Source: Eledone cirrhosa
Lineage: Eukaryota
Reading direction: 5' to 3'
Assembly (NCBI GenBank): GCA_964016885.1
Contig: OZ024740.1
Span: forward strand, 54,932,001-54,996,000
Length of the DNA: 64,000 nucleotides
The notes under the pieces are model-generated. The model did no database searches and was not told the DNA's origin. It saw only the letters and a program-made list of their open reading frames with translations. Position 1 is the stretch's first letter; each line of letters begins with the position of its first letter. Of this stretch, positions 43,758 through 58,580 are shown piece after piece. A program made the translations under genes and the position numbers.

Positions 43758-43793
43758 CTTTTGAAAAGCAGAAGAACTGCGAAACCGGTAAAG
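43758..43793 (+). ncRNA. U3-A8 hammerhead motif (family G), second copy
   Basis: Identical to 7008-7043. Confidence 0.7.
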
Positions 43794-43878
43794 GAACCAA
43801 ATAAATATATATATTTAAAAATAATAAGACTCCAGTTGCATTTTCGATTTCATCTCTTTTTCTATATATATATATATA

Positions 43879-44640
43879 GGGTCATGTTGCCAATAAGAAA
43901 CTCACGCACCAGTTGCTTTCACTTCAATTTTTTATAATAAATTTATAAATTTAGGAATTTATAAAATTCCGGTTGGCTGTTTGGTTCCAGAACCAGATGA
44001 TTGTTTATATATTGTCAAAGTTCTTTCGTCACACATTCTGTGACCCCTTCAGTGACTGGGGATTCTTTTCTTTGTTTTTGTGCCTCTCCTTTGTACTGTC
44101 CTACAAATGACAGAAGCAATAAACATAAATGAACTCCAACCAAAATTAAATAGAAAACATGAGTGGAACAGCAACATCACAACTTACAATTAAGGACAAA
44201 ATGAAAACACACACGCACATAGAACAAACAACCAACCAGTAACATGTAAATAAACAAATAAATAAACGAATATAAACACACACAGACACCCGGATGTAAC
44301 ACAGGCGCAAACTAACCACACAACCACCACAAAAACAGGATCGCGTAGGGCAGAGCAAAGGAGAGGCACAAAAACAAAGAAAAGAATCCCCAGTCACTGA
44401 AGAGGTCACATAATGTGTGACGAAAGAACTTTGACAATATACAATCAATCATCTGGTTGTGGAAGCAACCAACCAACCGGAAATTTATAAATTCCAAATT
44501 TATAAATTTATTATAATAAATTGAAGTGAAAACAACTGGTGCGTGTGTTTCTTATTGGCAACATGACCCTCCCAAAGTATAACAATATCGGTTTCAACAC
44601 ACGTTTTCAGATAAAGAATCTTGCTAAACAAATTCAGAAA

Positions 44641-44642
<2 letters not shown>
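43879..44642 (+). mobile_element. Penelope-like element 3' end (family M): inverted pseudo-LTR, GIY-YIG C-terminus, 3' UTR, hammerhead, tail
   Basis: 43879-44104 is an inverted copy of about 44345-44569; 44107-44193 reads MTEAININELQPKLNRKHEW...* (ExxxIxxxxPxLN, GIY-YIG C-terminal motif); TA-flanked. Confidence 0.8.
44393..44435 (+). ncRNA. Type I hammerhead motif (family M); inverted copy at 44014-44056
   Basis: GTCA-CTGAAGA-g-GTCACA-taatg-TGTGAC-GAA-AGaaCT-T-TGAC. Confidence 0.75.
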
Positions 44643-44730
<88 letters not shown>

Positions 44731-44786
44731 TGATATTTTATTCGTACATACATGAATACTTACCGAAAAATGACCTTGATATTTAC

Positions 44787-44845
<59 letters not shown>

Positions 44846-44870
44846 CATACATACACATATGTATATATAT

Positions 44871-45220
<350 letters not shown>

Positions 45221-45291
45221 TATGTATATATATGTATATATATATATATACATACATACATGCACACACACATATATATATATATATATAT

Positions 45292-45376
<85 letters not shown>

Positions 45377-45388
45377 CATACATACATA

Positions 45389-45698
45389 CATGGTGGCTGC
45401 CAACTCGTTTTCGAGTACGGCCACTACTTTATATCCAAGTAGGAGAACCCCTACCGAAGCGCTGAACGAGTGTGACTTTTTAGTCCAGCCAGCGACTTGA
45501 AAACTCTGGTACAAACACTACACCTGTGACAATTATTGACACATAGTGCTGGGCCCATGGTACCATGTGAGGACAAGTGCAGAGAGATCTCCAGATACAA
45601 AGCAATGCCTGTGCCGTGAAGCTTTTATAGTGAGCAAAGGCACTGCACAAAGCCAGTCCCACTCTCTTAACCAAGATGATATTTACCAAAAAGAAGAA
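45389..45698 (-). mobile_element. RTE-type LINE 3' end
   Basis: Reverse complement of 9548-9820, extending slightly further 5'. Confidence 0.75.
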
Positions 45699-46024
45699 CA
45701 CATACATACATACATATATACATACATACATATATATATATAGTGGGAAGGTCTCAGAACACATACATCCTCATTTCCTGTCATCTTGTCACTGAACCAT
45801 TGTGGAAAAAGAAGAGAATATCTATCTGTATATATACGTTTAAACAAGAATACTTGCGCACATACAATAGCATAGATGCATGTAATGGATTCATATGTAT
45901 GTATATATATATATTTTCATATATATATATGTATATGTATATACATATTTGTATATATATATATGTATATATATATATGTATATATATATATGTATATAT
46001 ATATATGTATATATATATGTATAT

Positions 46025-46227
46025 AACGAAGGAATTGGGGTAAGGAATCAGATGGACCATAACACACCAAAGCACTGAATACTTAGGGTAGTAGAGTGGG
46101 TAATAGGAACAAGTATGAACCTGGCGGCAGACCTGAAGCCGTTTCGACGGCTATTTCTGGACATAGCCGTCCAGAAATAGCCGTCGAAACGGCTTCAGCT
46201 CTGCCGTCGGAGTCATACTTGTTCCTA
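46025..46227 (-). mobile_element. Family C element with fold-back arm
   Basis: taggaacaagtatga...gtttcgacggctatttctggac / gtccagaaatagccgtcgaaac...tcatacttgttccta. Confidence 0.8.
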
Positions 46228-46229
46228 CA

Positions 46230-46301
<72 letters not shown>

Positions 46302-46368
46302 TGCATGTATATATATATATATATATATATATAAACATATATATATATATATATAAACATATATATAT

Positions 46369-46527
<159 letters not shown>

Positions 46528-46615
46528 TACATATGTGTGTGTGTATGTGTGTCTGGGCGTGAGTGTTCCTGCGCGTCGGTGTATAGTTGTACATATATAT
46601 ATATATATATTTATC

Positions 46616-46652
<37 letters not shown>

Positions 46653-46697
46653 TGTGAAATATATAAAGAGAAATGGTTGTGCAGTTGCTATTTAAGG

Positions 46698-46849
46698 TAA
46701 CTTAAAATTCAGTGGGAATACGAAGAAAGCAAGAACAGAGGGGGGGGGGGGTTCTCTTCAGTTGTCTATCCGAGACCCCCAGTAGACAAGTAATGAGGAA
46801 CCCCCTCCTTCTGTCCTTGCTTTCTTCGTATTCCCACTGCATCTTAAGT

Positions 46850-46851
<2 letters not shown>
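46698..46851. mobile_element. Family I element folded into an imperfect hairpin
   Basis: taacttaaaattcagtgggaatacgaagaaagcaag vs cttgctttcttcgtattcccactgcatcttaagtta. Confidence 0.65.
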
Positions 46852-46933
<82 letters not shown>

Positions 46934-47345
46934 TATATATATATATACAGATATATAAATATATACATACACATATAATATATATTTGTGTGAGTGTTGT
47001 GTATGTGTGTGTGAACGGGGGGATCTGTGTATATATGTGTATGTGTGAGTGCATGTCTGTGTGTTTGTGCAAATTTATGAAAGTATTAATTCCATTACCA
47101 TAGAAAATGATTTCCATAATTGTGTATATACGTATAAGTACCTGTGTATATTCATGAATGGAATCTCCATTTATTTTATTTACAACGATATGAACATATA
47201 TTATATAAATCTATTCGTATGAAAGGAAAGCTAAAATACATTCATTCACGCATACTTTGATATATATATTTATATATATATATATATATATATATGTATA
47301 CATATATACGTATATTATATACATGCGTATACACACACACACAAG

Positions 47346-47453
<108 letters not shown>

Positions 47454-47487
47454 TGTATGTATATATATATATATATATATACATACA

Positions 47488-47560
<73 letters not shown>

Positions 47561-48123
47561 AGGGTTGGGGAGACAGATAGATACGGGACTGGGGAACGTA
47601 AGTTGAAGAATATTAAAGGATGGTACATAGTCGGAAATTACATTCTTTTTTTTCATGTTCTTCTTAATTTTTTTTATATTCTTCCTGTCTCAACTCGTTT
47701 ACTTCTCTTTCTTCTATTTTCTTCTCTTACTTCTGTTACTTCTATATTCTTTGTAACATTCTTATTCCTTTCTCATTCCTCTTTCTTTTAGTTTCTATTC
47801 AGAATGTGTCACTACACATTCAGATATTAAAGGGAGGGAAACAACATGTAACAACAACAAAAATATACATATAAGTAAATGAATAACAAAACACACACAC
47901 AAAACAACAAACATTCGTAACAAAGAAGTTTTACATCAAAGTCGATGTAAAACTTGTATTCATTATATTATGCTTGAATATAGAAATGTGTCTCCGTGCC
48001 AGTTATTATTAAAGATGCATATGCAATATAAAATGTATAGACGTACGTACAGACATACAGACACGCGTGCACACACGCACAGACGATCAGGCAATCTATA
48101 ACTTTGTCGTCAGTGTTTCATTA

Positions 48124-48234
<111 letters not shown>

Positions 48235-48364
48235 ATATTATTTATAGTTATGTATACACTATATACAACTATAAACAGGAAAGCTCAGTAATTTATTACT
48301 ACCTTATTATCAGTAAGAAAAAATAGCTCAATGTAAATACATGAGATGTTTTACAGAGCCGGAA

Positions 48365-49307
48365 TATAAATTACATAATAATCAAAGCTATGTTCAAATC
48401 ATTTTATTGCTGATAATCGTTTCTTCCAAACTATCGTTTGGAATCATCGGAGCTTTAGCAATATTTCAACCTATAATTAACCTCCTATTCAACTGAACAA
48501 TCATATAGATACATGGATATTAATGTTGTAAACAGTTTCGTATTTACAAGCTGAAATGGATGCGACAGAGATTACAAGAGATTTGTACAATGATTTAAAA
48601 TTAGAAATTAGAAATTAAAAATTAAAAATGATAAAGGTACAGTGTTGAATGCAATCGACAGAGATTATAAGGGAATAGTATAACAATTAAAGAGGCATTA
48701 ACGTAGAAAGTTACTCGTAAAAATAGGACACTAGTAGTATATATGCAAGCGTTAAGAGAGTGTAAATGCATTAGTCATACATAGGAAGGAAACAGGTGTA
48801 TTAGGCATATATAATTTTTTGCAAAGCAAAGGTATCACATGAAATATGCATATCAGGCAGAGGTGTTTTTGTATTAAAACTATGGCTGTATGATGGATGT
48901 AGTGTGATTGTTGTTTCTGTAATGTTCAAATGTATATGTGCTGAGAGTATCAACTCGTCTAACGAGTAACTTTCTACCTTAATGCCTCTTTAATTGTTAT
49001 ACTTATCCCTTATAATCTCTGTCGCTTGCATTCCACTCTGTCCCTTTATATTTTTTAATTTTTAATTTGTAATTTGTAATTTTAATTATTGTACAATTCT
49101 CTCGTAATCTATGTCGCATCCATTTCACCTTGTAAATACGAAACTGTTGCCAACATTAATATCCATGTATCTATATGCTTGTTCAGTTGAATAGGAGATT
49201 CATTATATGTAGAAACATTGCTACAGCTCCGATGATTCCAAACGATAGTTTGGAAGAAACAATTGTCAGCTATAAAATGATTTGAACGTAGCTTTGATTA
49301 TTGTGTA

Positions 49308-49314
<7 letters not shown>
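48365..49314. mobile_element. Penelope-like element (family N) with about 350-bp inverted arms (48365-48718 / 48962-49314)
   Basis: Arms are diverged reverse complements, each with a hammerhead motif; TA-flanked. Confidence 0.75.
49225..49271 (+). ncRNA. Hammerhead motif with C4 variant (family N); inverted copy at 48409-48454
   Basis: AGCT-CCGATGA-TTCCAAAC-gata-GTTTGGAA-GAA-ACAATTGT-C-AGCT with GUC triplet. Confidence 0.7.
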
Positions 49315-49345
<31 letters not shown>

Positions 49346-49517
49346 GCAAATGTGTACTTACAAATATGTACATACAAACACTCACACACACACACACACA
49401 GATCCATATACGTAGAAATACACAAGCACATTCACATGCACAAACACACACGCATATATATATATATAACATATAAATATAAATATATATATATACATAT
49501 ATATATACATACATCTA

Positions 49518-49549
<32 letters not shown>

Positions 49550-49550
49550 C

Positions 49551-49588
<38 letters not shown>

Positions 49589-49637
49589 GTTTCAGACGAT
49601 CTCGTTAAGGGTGAAAGCAGCGATTCTTTGCTTAAAC
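49589..49637 (+). ncRNA. Hammerhead motif with A4 variant (family A)
   Basis: GTTT-CAGACGA-tCTC-gttaa-GGGt-GAA-AGCAG-cgattct-TTGCT-T-AAAC. Confidence 0.6.
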
Positions 49638-49654
49638 TTTAATCTGTTATTTTA

Positions 49655-49708
<54 letters not shown>

Positions 49709-49764
49709 AGAGAGAGAGAGGGGGGGGGAGAGATATGTATATGTATATATATTTATATATTTAT

Positions 49765-50605
49765 GCAAACACAACACAAATATAGCGGAACACAGCTACA
49801 CAGGACCAGGAGGGACCGATATCCCCGTGTCAAAATCGATACGAGACCTGGGCATAGACATGAGCGATGATGCATCTTTTTCTTCACACATCATGAAGGT
49901 GGCGACAACATGTAGACGATTCGCTGGCTGGATCTTGAGGACTTTCCTTACAAGAGATCGAGATACCATGTTGACACTGTGTAGGACTTTTGTCCTAAGC
50001 CGCCTGGACTACTGCTCCCAGCTGTGGTCACCCCATAGTGTCAAACTAACCACGGACCTTGAGGCAATCCAGCGAAGCTACACCAAGAGGATTGCCAAGA
50101 TGAGGGAGACAAGCTACTGGGAGAGGCTAAAGGAGCTGAACCTCTACTCCTTGGAGCAAAGACGGGAGAGATACGCAGTGATCTACATGTGGAAAATCCT
50201 GGAGGGACTAGACCAAACTTTGGCATTGGGAGCTGGACCAACCGTCGAACAGGTCGTCACTGTGTGGTGCCAAAGGTCCCGTCTTCCACATCTAGAATAA
50301 GGAGCAGGTATTGCAATAGCCTGGGATTCAAGGGCCCTCAACTCTTCAACAGGCTGCCGAGGCATCTGCGAGACTTGCATGACGTGGAGGTGGATGTCTT
50401 TAAGAAACATCTCGACACCTTGTTATCCAGGATCCCGGATGAGCCCACAGCAAGACACGAGGGAAACCTAAGGGCAGCAGCAACAAACTCCCTCCTACAC
50501 CAGTGGCCAACCTATACAGGCTGGAGATAAAATGTGTAGCAACAAGGGCGGTGCCCCAGCATGGCCTCAGCCGGATGGCTGAAACAGGTAAAAGAGTAAA
50601 AGAGA

Positions 50606-50607
<2 letters not shown>
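49765..50607 (+). mobile_element. 5'-truncated CR1-type LINE (ORF2 C-terminus plus 3' UTR), one frameshift near 50210
   Basis: RDLGIDMS...LSRLDYCSQLWSP...LEAIQRSYTKRI...SYWERLKELNLYSLEQRRERY, then PNFG...GPQLFNRLP...FKKHLD...IPDEP; stop at 50528-50530; 3' end gtaaaagagtaaaagag. Confidence 0.9.
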
Positions 50608-50651
<44 letters not shown>

Positions 50652-50684
50652 TTATATATGTATATATAGGTATACCTACACACA

Positions 50685-50765
<81 letters not shown>

Positions 50766-51100
50766 TGTACCTGTATGTGTGTGTCGGGTGTGTTGGGTGT
50801 GCGTGTGTGTATCGACATGCAGTCATAATTGATATGCATATATGCATACATAAATAGAATCATAAACAGATAAATCATTTATGACTGAATGAAGACATTC
50901 ATACAACCCAGTGGAAGTAAGGGGTTTATTGATTATGAAATACTCAAACATGTATATTTACATTCATGTAACTGGGTATATGCGTATGTGTCTTTGTATC
51001 AACCTCTCAATCTATATATGAATGTATTTACATAAACATTATACATATATATAATATATAAACATTATATATAAACATTATATATATATATATATATATA

Positions 51101-51922
<822 letters not shown>

Positions 51923-52024
51923 TTGCCTGCATATCTTCGGGTGTACGTATGCGGCCGCCCATGTTGGGGTATGCATGTTTGTGTGAATATATACACTTAG
52001 ACCCACCCACACCTACACACACAC

Positions 52025-52143
<119 letters not shown>

Positions 52144-52167
52144 CATTTCTATATATATATAGATATA

Positions 52168-52242
<75 letters not shown>

Positions 52243-52688
52243 TTTCATATAAATATATATAGTTTCCTCTTTATACATCTGCAAGCATGAATGTGCACAA
52301 AATAACCATATGAATTTAAATATGCGTATAAATAAGAAATATTCTGCTAAGTGTGCATGTCGAAGGTTGAACTTAGCCAATTATATTAAAAAATTACAAC
52401 AAAAATACTTCACTTGAAACATTCTTGCTAAGATATATACATAATTTTTTGAAATTAAAGAAATGCAAGCAAAATAAAGTATATAAAAGATCCAGTTTTA
52501 TTTAAAATTAATAATCATTTGATATATGATAAATAAATAAAACTAAAAAATTAAAAATCAATCTGGCTAGAATGTATTCCACATTCATTGGCGTCAACAT
52601 AGCTGTTGATAGTACTGCATCTGAGTGAATTAAAGCCAAATAAAATAGTGTGCTTTACCCCAGTACACAATGTGTTACGCGGTCTGGG

Positions 52689-52767
<79 letters not shown>

Positions 52768-52814
52768 TGTAGTAACACAACTGTTAGCTCACCATGGTTA
52801 TAACCATTACCAGT

Positions 52815-52855
52815 CCGAGCTGAAGATCCGCATAAGGTGAAACAATTGTTCTCGG
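52815..52855 (+). ncRNA. Type I hammerhead motif (family J) in element 52766-52933
   Basis: CCGAG-CTGAAGA-tCC-gcataa-GGt-GAA-ACAATTGT-T-CTCGG. Confidence 0.75.
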
Positions 52856-53754
52856 TATGGTGAACTAACTGTTGTGTTACTGCTTCTACCAAACTCGTCC
52901 CATGGAAATATTACCTTCCAGTGTTCTACCTTTATATATATATACCTTATGAACAAATTTATATATATATATATATATACCTTATAAAGAGTCGGCTGAG
53001 CTTTAGTCGTTTCAAAATCTACTCCCAGATAGGATCCTGTCTCTTGCAATATATATATTGCCAGTCTTTTAGGAGGAAGTTGTGATGATTTTCATAACAT
53101 TGTCACATTACTTAAATATTCATTTGTATTATATGAACTCTTCTTTGTTCATCACATAAACGCGCACATGCACTCATGCAAGCCGGCTCATTTACCTAAT
53201 TCAGAGAGCAAGTGAGCGTCTTTCTAATTCGTGCTTCAGCTTGTAGATCTGAGCATACAAGCACACGAGTATCGCTTGGACCAAATGAAGGAGTATCTAT
53301 GTTGTCTCTCCATCTGCTAGGTATAGGAGTAATTTATTCTTCTTATCAAATACTCGTATTTAATATATCATTTGAACAGAGCTTACCTCAGGCTAAACAA
53401 CAGCAACATTGAAGGTATCTTGGTTGATAGATACATTACACTCACACATTATCTAACACAACCGAATGATTGCGCATATATCAGCATATATAAGAATGCA
53501 TGTATTAAAGCATACTTTTATACACACACACACACAAATATGGACACAGTTACACTCACACAATCACACAAATATCACAAACACACACATACATACATGC
53601 ATATATATATGTGTATGTATATGTATATATATATATATATATATACTTTGCAAACAGTAGAGGAAGACAACACTGTACAATAAAAGAATTAAGAGTTTGA
53701 GGCTTGAAGTTGTAGGCAAAGATCTTCCTCGTCCGAGATCGAACTCTCATTGGG

Positions 53755-54026
53755 AGCTTATGATTTCAATTCTTGGACCGGGTGATGCGTTTTGTCCTTG
53801 AGCAACACACTTTATTTCACGTGGCTCCAGTTTACTCAGCTGTAGCAATGAGTTGCAACGTCATTGGTGCCAAGTTGTTTCGGCCATTGCTTTTCCTTTG
53901 GACAACATCGGTGGCATGGAGAAGTGTGACTGGTATGCATGGGCGACTGGTGGTCTTCTAGAAAAGACCTTGCATGGAATTGTACCTCGGGGATATTATT
54001 GGTGCAAATACCTGGTCATTCGTGAC
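53755..54026 (+). mobile_element. SINE family 2-related element (CORE-like centre, different 3' part)
   Basis: tgtccttgagcaacacactttatttcacgtggctccagtttactcagctgtag; collinear diverged copy at 56120-56374. Confidence 0.65.
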
Positions 54027-54119
54027 ATATATATATATATCTGGTGTGGGATGCTTAAAGCGTCCGTATGCGGTAGGCCGTTTGAGTACTCGATTCTCTT
54101 ACAGAGCAGAGTATAAAAT

Positions 54120-54196
<77 letters not shown>

Positions 54197-54265
54197 ATAT
54201 ATATATATATAAGAAATATATATAAATATATAAGAAATTAAAAGATGGCTAGAAAAGTTCCATGG

Positions 54266-54331
54266 ATTTTATTATGCGCATTTCAAAAACAACTATCCAG
54301 GGACGATATTTGCGTTCTCATCAGATGAAAT
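54266..54331 (-). ncRNA. Hammerhead motif (family D) in element 54236-54505
   Basis: atttcat-CTGATGA-gaacgcaaatatc...gttttt-GAA-ATGCGCAT-A-ATAAAAT. Confidence 0.7.
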
Positions 54332-54502
54332 AGGGAGACATGATATGAAGCTTAAAAAAGACCCTTGTGAGCTAGGTAGTGTCTAACCATCTTTTAATTT
54401 CTTCTTATATATACTCCATATATATTCCAGTCCAATAAACTGTTGAGTGCTACTTATCCGCTATTTGCATTGCTTTATTGTGCTACAATAAAACTCACCT
54501 CC

Positions 54503-54592
<90 letters not shown>

Positions 54593-54739
54593 CATATATG
54601 TACATATATATATATGAATTGTCCGCATTTCCGTAACACCGTCAAACCTGATTTTTGTTTATCCCAGATTCAGCCCTGATTAAACCGAACAATGAATAGT
54701 AGCATGATATCATGTTTAATTCAGATATATGTTAGGTAG

Positions 54740-55330
54740 GATGACGTTATGTACAACAGTGTTTGCCACGAGAGAATTTCCTCACAAGTGCCAACCCGAT
54801 CAGCACCAACATCAATAACAACAGAAACAATCTTACAAACACAATTCTGTCATATCATTTTCTATAACACGTCTGTTGATGCAGTGGGCTGTGGTGCTAA
54901 CTTCATTCTTTCTTTACTAATTCGGCACCTAAACGCAGGAATATATGCTTCGCTGTAGAAGACAATTAAACCAGAACATGCCTGGAGTTGTCTCGCTTTT
55001 TTGCTGATATAACAAAATGGTTGACATTGTTTGTATTTGATTTCGCCATCATTGTATATTTAATATCCGGTTCGCGCATGGATGCCCAGAGTTACACTTG
55101 TTTAGGATGTGCTTCGATGAAGATCATAATTCAAAATTAAAATAATTACATTTTGTGAGAGCATATTATTTAAAACCACACAAAACTGTTAAATTCTTTG
55201 ATGTTTTAAAAGACATTTCTTAATTGTAGAATCTGTACTAAAATATGAAAACTTTTCATCGGAATTCTGCAACTGGGTCACGAGCACAAGATATTGTGGA
55301 ATTGAAATACAATGGAATTGTATTTAAGAC
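54740..55330 (-). pseudogene. Possible very decayed hAT-type transposase remnant
   Basis: Weak, frameshifted resemblance (NDG...KK...WFNCLLQR) to the TDGA...HCxIHR region; by eye only. Confidence 0.25.
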
Positions 55331-56119
55331 AGATCTACAGAAATGCATACCATAATGCCGTTGTGTAATATACAGAGAATGACCATTTTGTTTTTCTTTT
55401 TGTTTTTAACTTGATGGGTTCTTAAATCACTATAATATTTTTCCTGTGGTATACTTGCTCAATACACATTCGATTGTGCAAGATATATCACAAGGATGAG
55501 GTGGGATGCAATATCAGTGATTCAACATCATTCATAGAGATAATGATGGAGGATTTCATTATGGTGCTCTTCTTGCTATAGCCGGGAGTTTTGTTGTTAG
55601 TGATGTTAGAATAGTTGTTGGTGTTTGAGGTCGATATCAGCGGTCTGCCATGCTCCTGTTGCTGCTGTTATTGATGAGGATGTTAATGAAGATGATGATG
55701 ATGGTGCTTTTGTTGTTGGTGTTGGTGGTGATGCTGGTTATGTTGATGATGCTGGTGATGATGTTGATGATGATGTTAACGATAATAATAGCAATAATGT
55801 AGCAACAGTATACTTCATGATAATGTCATAACTTCTTGAAACTAAATTTCAAAAGCACAAGCTATTCATGATCCTGCTACTATTGGGTGTGCTGCTGTTA
55901 TCGCTGCAGCAGCGATCATTGCTGCTGAAACCACTGCTGCTCTTGCCACTGCTGATGGTACTATCACTTCTGCTATTGTTGCAGCTGCTCTTAATGCTGT
56001 TGCTGCTAATTTTCCCAGAGAGTTATAAAAGAAAATGTACAGAATATTTGCAACATATAATCAGCAGGAGCAGCAGCATTTCAGCATCGTCATAATTATC
56101 GCAATATTCCCTAACTGGT

Positions 56120-56374
56120 TGAGGCGTCGGGTCCTTTCACAAGTCGCTTTATTTCACGCTGCTCTAGCTCACTTAGCTGCAGAAATGTGTCGTATCGACA
56201 CTGCTGCCAAGTCGAATCACTCATTACCTTTTCCTTGGATAACATCGGGGGCGTACAGAGATCAGTTTGACTTGCATGAGCGATGTTGGTCCTCCTTAAA
56301 AAACAAAAACACATTGCAAATGCCTATGCATTTGACAAGTGTTTTCTGTGAGGAAATCTCTTGGTCATTCATGA
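56120..56374 (+). mobile_element. SINE family 2-related element, diverged
   Basis: Collinear with 53780-54026. Confidence 0.6.
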
Positions 56375-57040
56375 TTTCTGTTTGAATTTACTGTGTGCCA
56401 AATTGGGCAGGACTTTCTACGCTATTGATTTCTCTAGGGTAAAATGAATTCTAGTCAGGCGGCACTTCCAAACAAAACACAATAAAATTTTCTGCACTTT
56501 TAAATACACAACTGCATAGCTCAAACTCTTTAACTAATGAGTCAGAGGTCTTCACATTCCAACAGAACAATATATCGAGTATCAATAATATCTCTAGTGA
56601 GTATCGAAAGGAATTTCACACGATTCACTCGAACACATACAAAATGCGTTACTAAACAAGTCTACAGATCAGAGAAACATGAAATAATCTGTCGCAATTC
56701 ATCATAAAATTCAGGCAGGAATATATCGACTCGGCCCTTTCCTATTACACGTTCCAGCTATTTAATATATAACCTCCTCTCGTGGCCGACCGCCATTTAT
56801 TGTAAAATTTCACGGGAACATGTCTCATTATAGACTAAATGAAGAAGCATATTTTATTTATACTAATACATTAGAAATTCAATATTTCCCCTTTTTTTTA
56901 ATTACATATAGCCATTAATCAAAGCTTCACCAATAAATATATGCATCAATTAAACCAATTAAGATATAAATTATGAGATTCATGAACGCACAGCCATGTA
57001 TATGTGTGTATATGTATCAGCGTATATATATGTATATATG

Positions 57041-57103
<63 letters not shown>

Positions 57104-57122
57104 CATTCATGTGATCAAATAT

Positions 57123-57186
57123 ATTTTATTATACATATTTCAGAGGTACTCAGGTATTTCATCAGTACGTCCTCATCAGATAAAAT
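57123..57186 (-). ncRNA. Hammerhead motif (family F)
   Basis: ATTTTAT-CTGATGA-ggacGTACT...AGTACctct-GAA-ATATGTAT-A-ATAAAAT. Confidence 0.7.
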
Positions 57187-57245
57187 GAATTGAAGTCTGA
57201 CATACCTCAACTGTGCTGATGGTTCAATTCCAGTCTTGCCAAGAC

Positions 57246-57325
<80 letters not shown>

Positions 57326-57406
57326 TATTCCTGGTTAAATCGGGGGTAACCACAGTAAGTAAGGTACTCAATACATAGTAGAGTATAAATGTTTTAATAT
57401 AGAAAA

Positions 57407-57455
57407 GCATCTACAGGACTAGAACGGTTTCATTCGTGAGAAATCATCAGGAAGC
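57407..57455 (-). ncRNA. Type I hammerhead motif (family B) in element 57324-57457
   Basis: GCTTC-CTGATGA-TTTC-tcac-GAAT-GAA-ACcG-ttctagtc-CTGT-A-GAtGC. Confidence 0.7.
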
Positions 57456-57457
57456 TG

Positions 57458-57506
<49 letters not shown>

Positions 57507-57539
<33 letters not shown>

Positions 57540-57674
57540 TGTAAGACCAAACGACATATTATGGTGACGTTGTGTATCTTTATATTGTTATTATATGAGA
57601 TTGAATTAACTGTGCCCTACCAGTGGTTTCAAGACACGAGCTATCTATTAGCCCTCTATAAATATGTATGTATG

Positions 57675-57743
<69 letters not shown>

Positions 57744-57748
57744 GTATG

Positions 57749-57807
<59 letters not shown>

Positions 57808-57979
57808 GTATGTATACATATATGTATATATATATATATATATACATACATACATATTTATAGATGGCTAATAGATAGCTCGAGTCTTGAAACCACTAGT
57901 AGGGCACAGTTAATTCAATCTCATATAATAACAATATAAAGATACTCAACGTCACCATAATATGTCGTTTGGTCTTACA

Positions 57980-58018
<39 letters not shown>
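57507..58018. repeat. Near-perfect inverted repeat, unique arms about 57535-57660 and 57858-57985, with mirrored (GA)n/(TC)n
   Basis: Few mismatches; arms contain GAA-ACCA-C-TGGT-A (3' half of a hammerhead, same stem III as 4928). Confidence 0.9.
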
Positions 58019-58023
<5 letters not shown>

Positions 58024-58041
58024 TCACACACACATATATAT

Positions 58042-58089
<48 letters not shown>

Positions 58090-58224
58090 AACATGGCACA
58101 CAATCGGATGACAAAGTCATTAAAGTACATATGTATAGTCTATTTGAATCGTGAATACAGATACAAAACAAAAGCTTATTAATGATCATGTTTTTTATAA
58201 CGATAATATCAATAATATCAATAT

Positions 58225-58225
<1 letters not shown>

Positions 58226-58285
<60 letters not shown>

Positions 58286-58320
58286 TAATAGTAATAAAAC
58301 AACAACAACAACAATAATAA

Positions 58321-58376
<56 letters not shown>

Positions 58377-58539
58377 ATGGTGATTGTGGTGGTGGTGATG
58401 ATGGTGGTGGTAATGAAGGTGGTGGTAGTGGTTGTAGTAGTAGTAGTTACAGCAGTAGCAGCAGCAGCAGCAGCAGCAGAAGAAGAAGAAGAAGAAGAAG
58501 AAGAAGAAGAAGAAGAAGAAGAAGAAGAAGAAGAAGAAG

Positions 58540-58579
<40 letters not shown>

Positions 58580-58580
58580 G

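Noticed and set aside
46698-46851. CTGAAGA/CTGATGA in family I, and in family K at 23382 and 43131, as hammerheads
   Set aside because: No stem II-GAAA downstream of these heptamers; may be remnants but cannot be supported.
52991-53013. Family C-like stem III on the minus strand (GAAACGACT..AGCCGAC)
   Set aside because: Upstream core missing and U16.1 absent; too degenerate to call.
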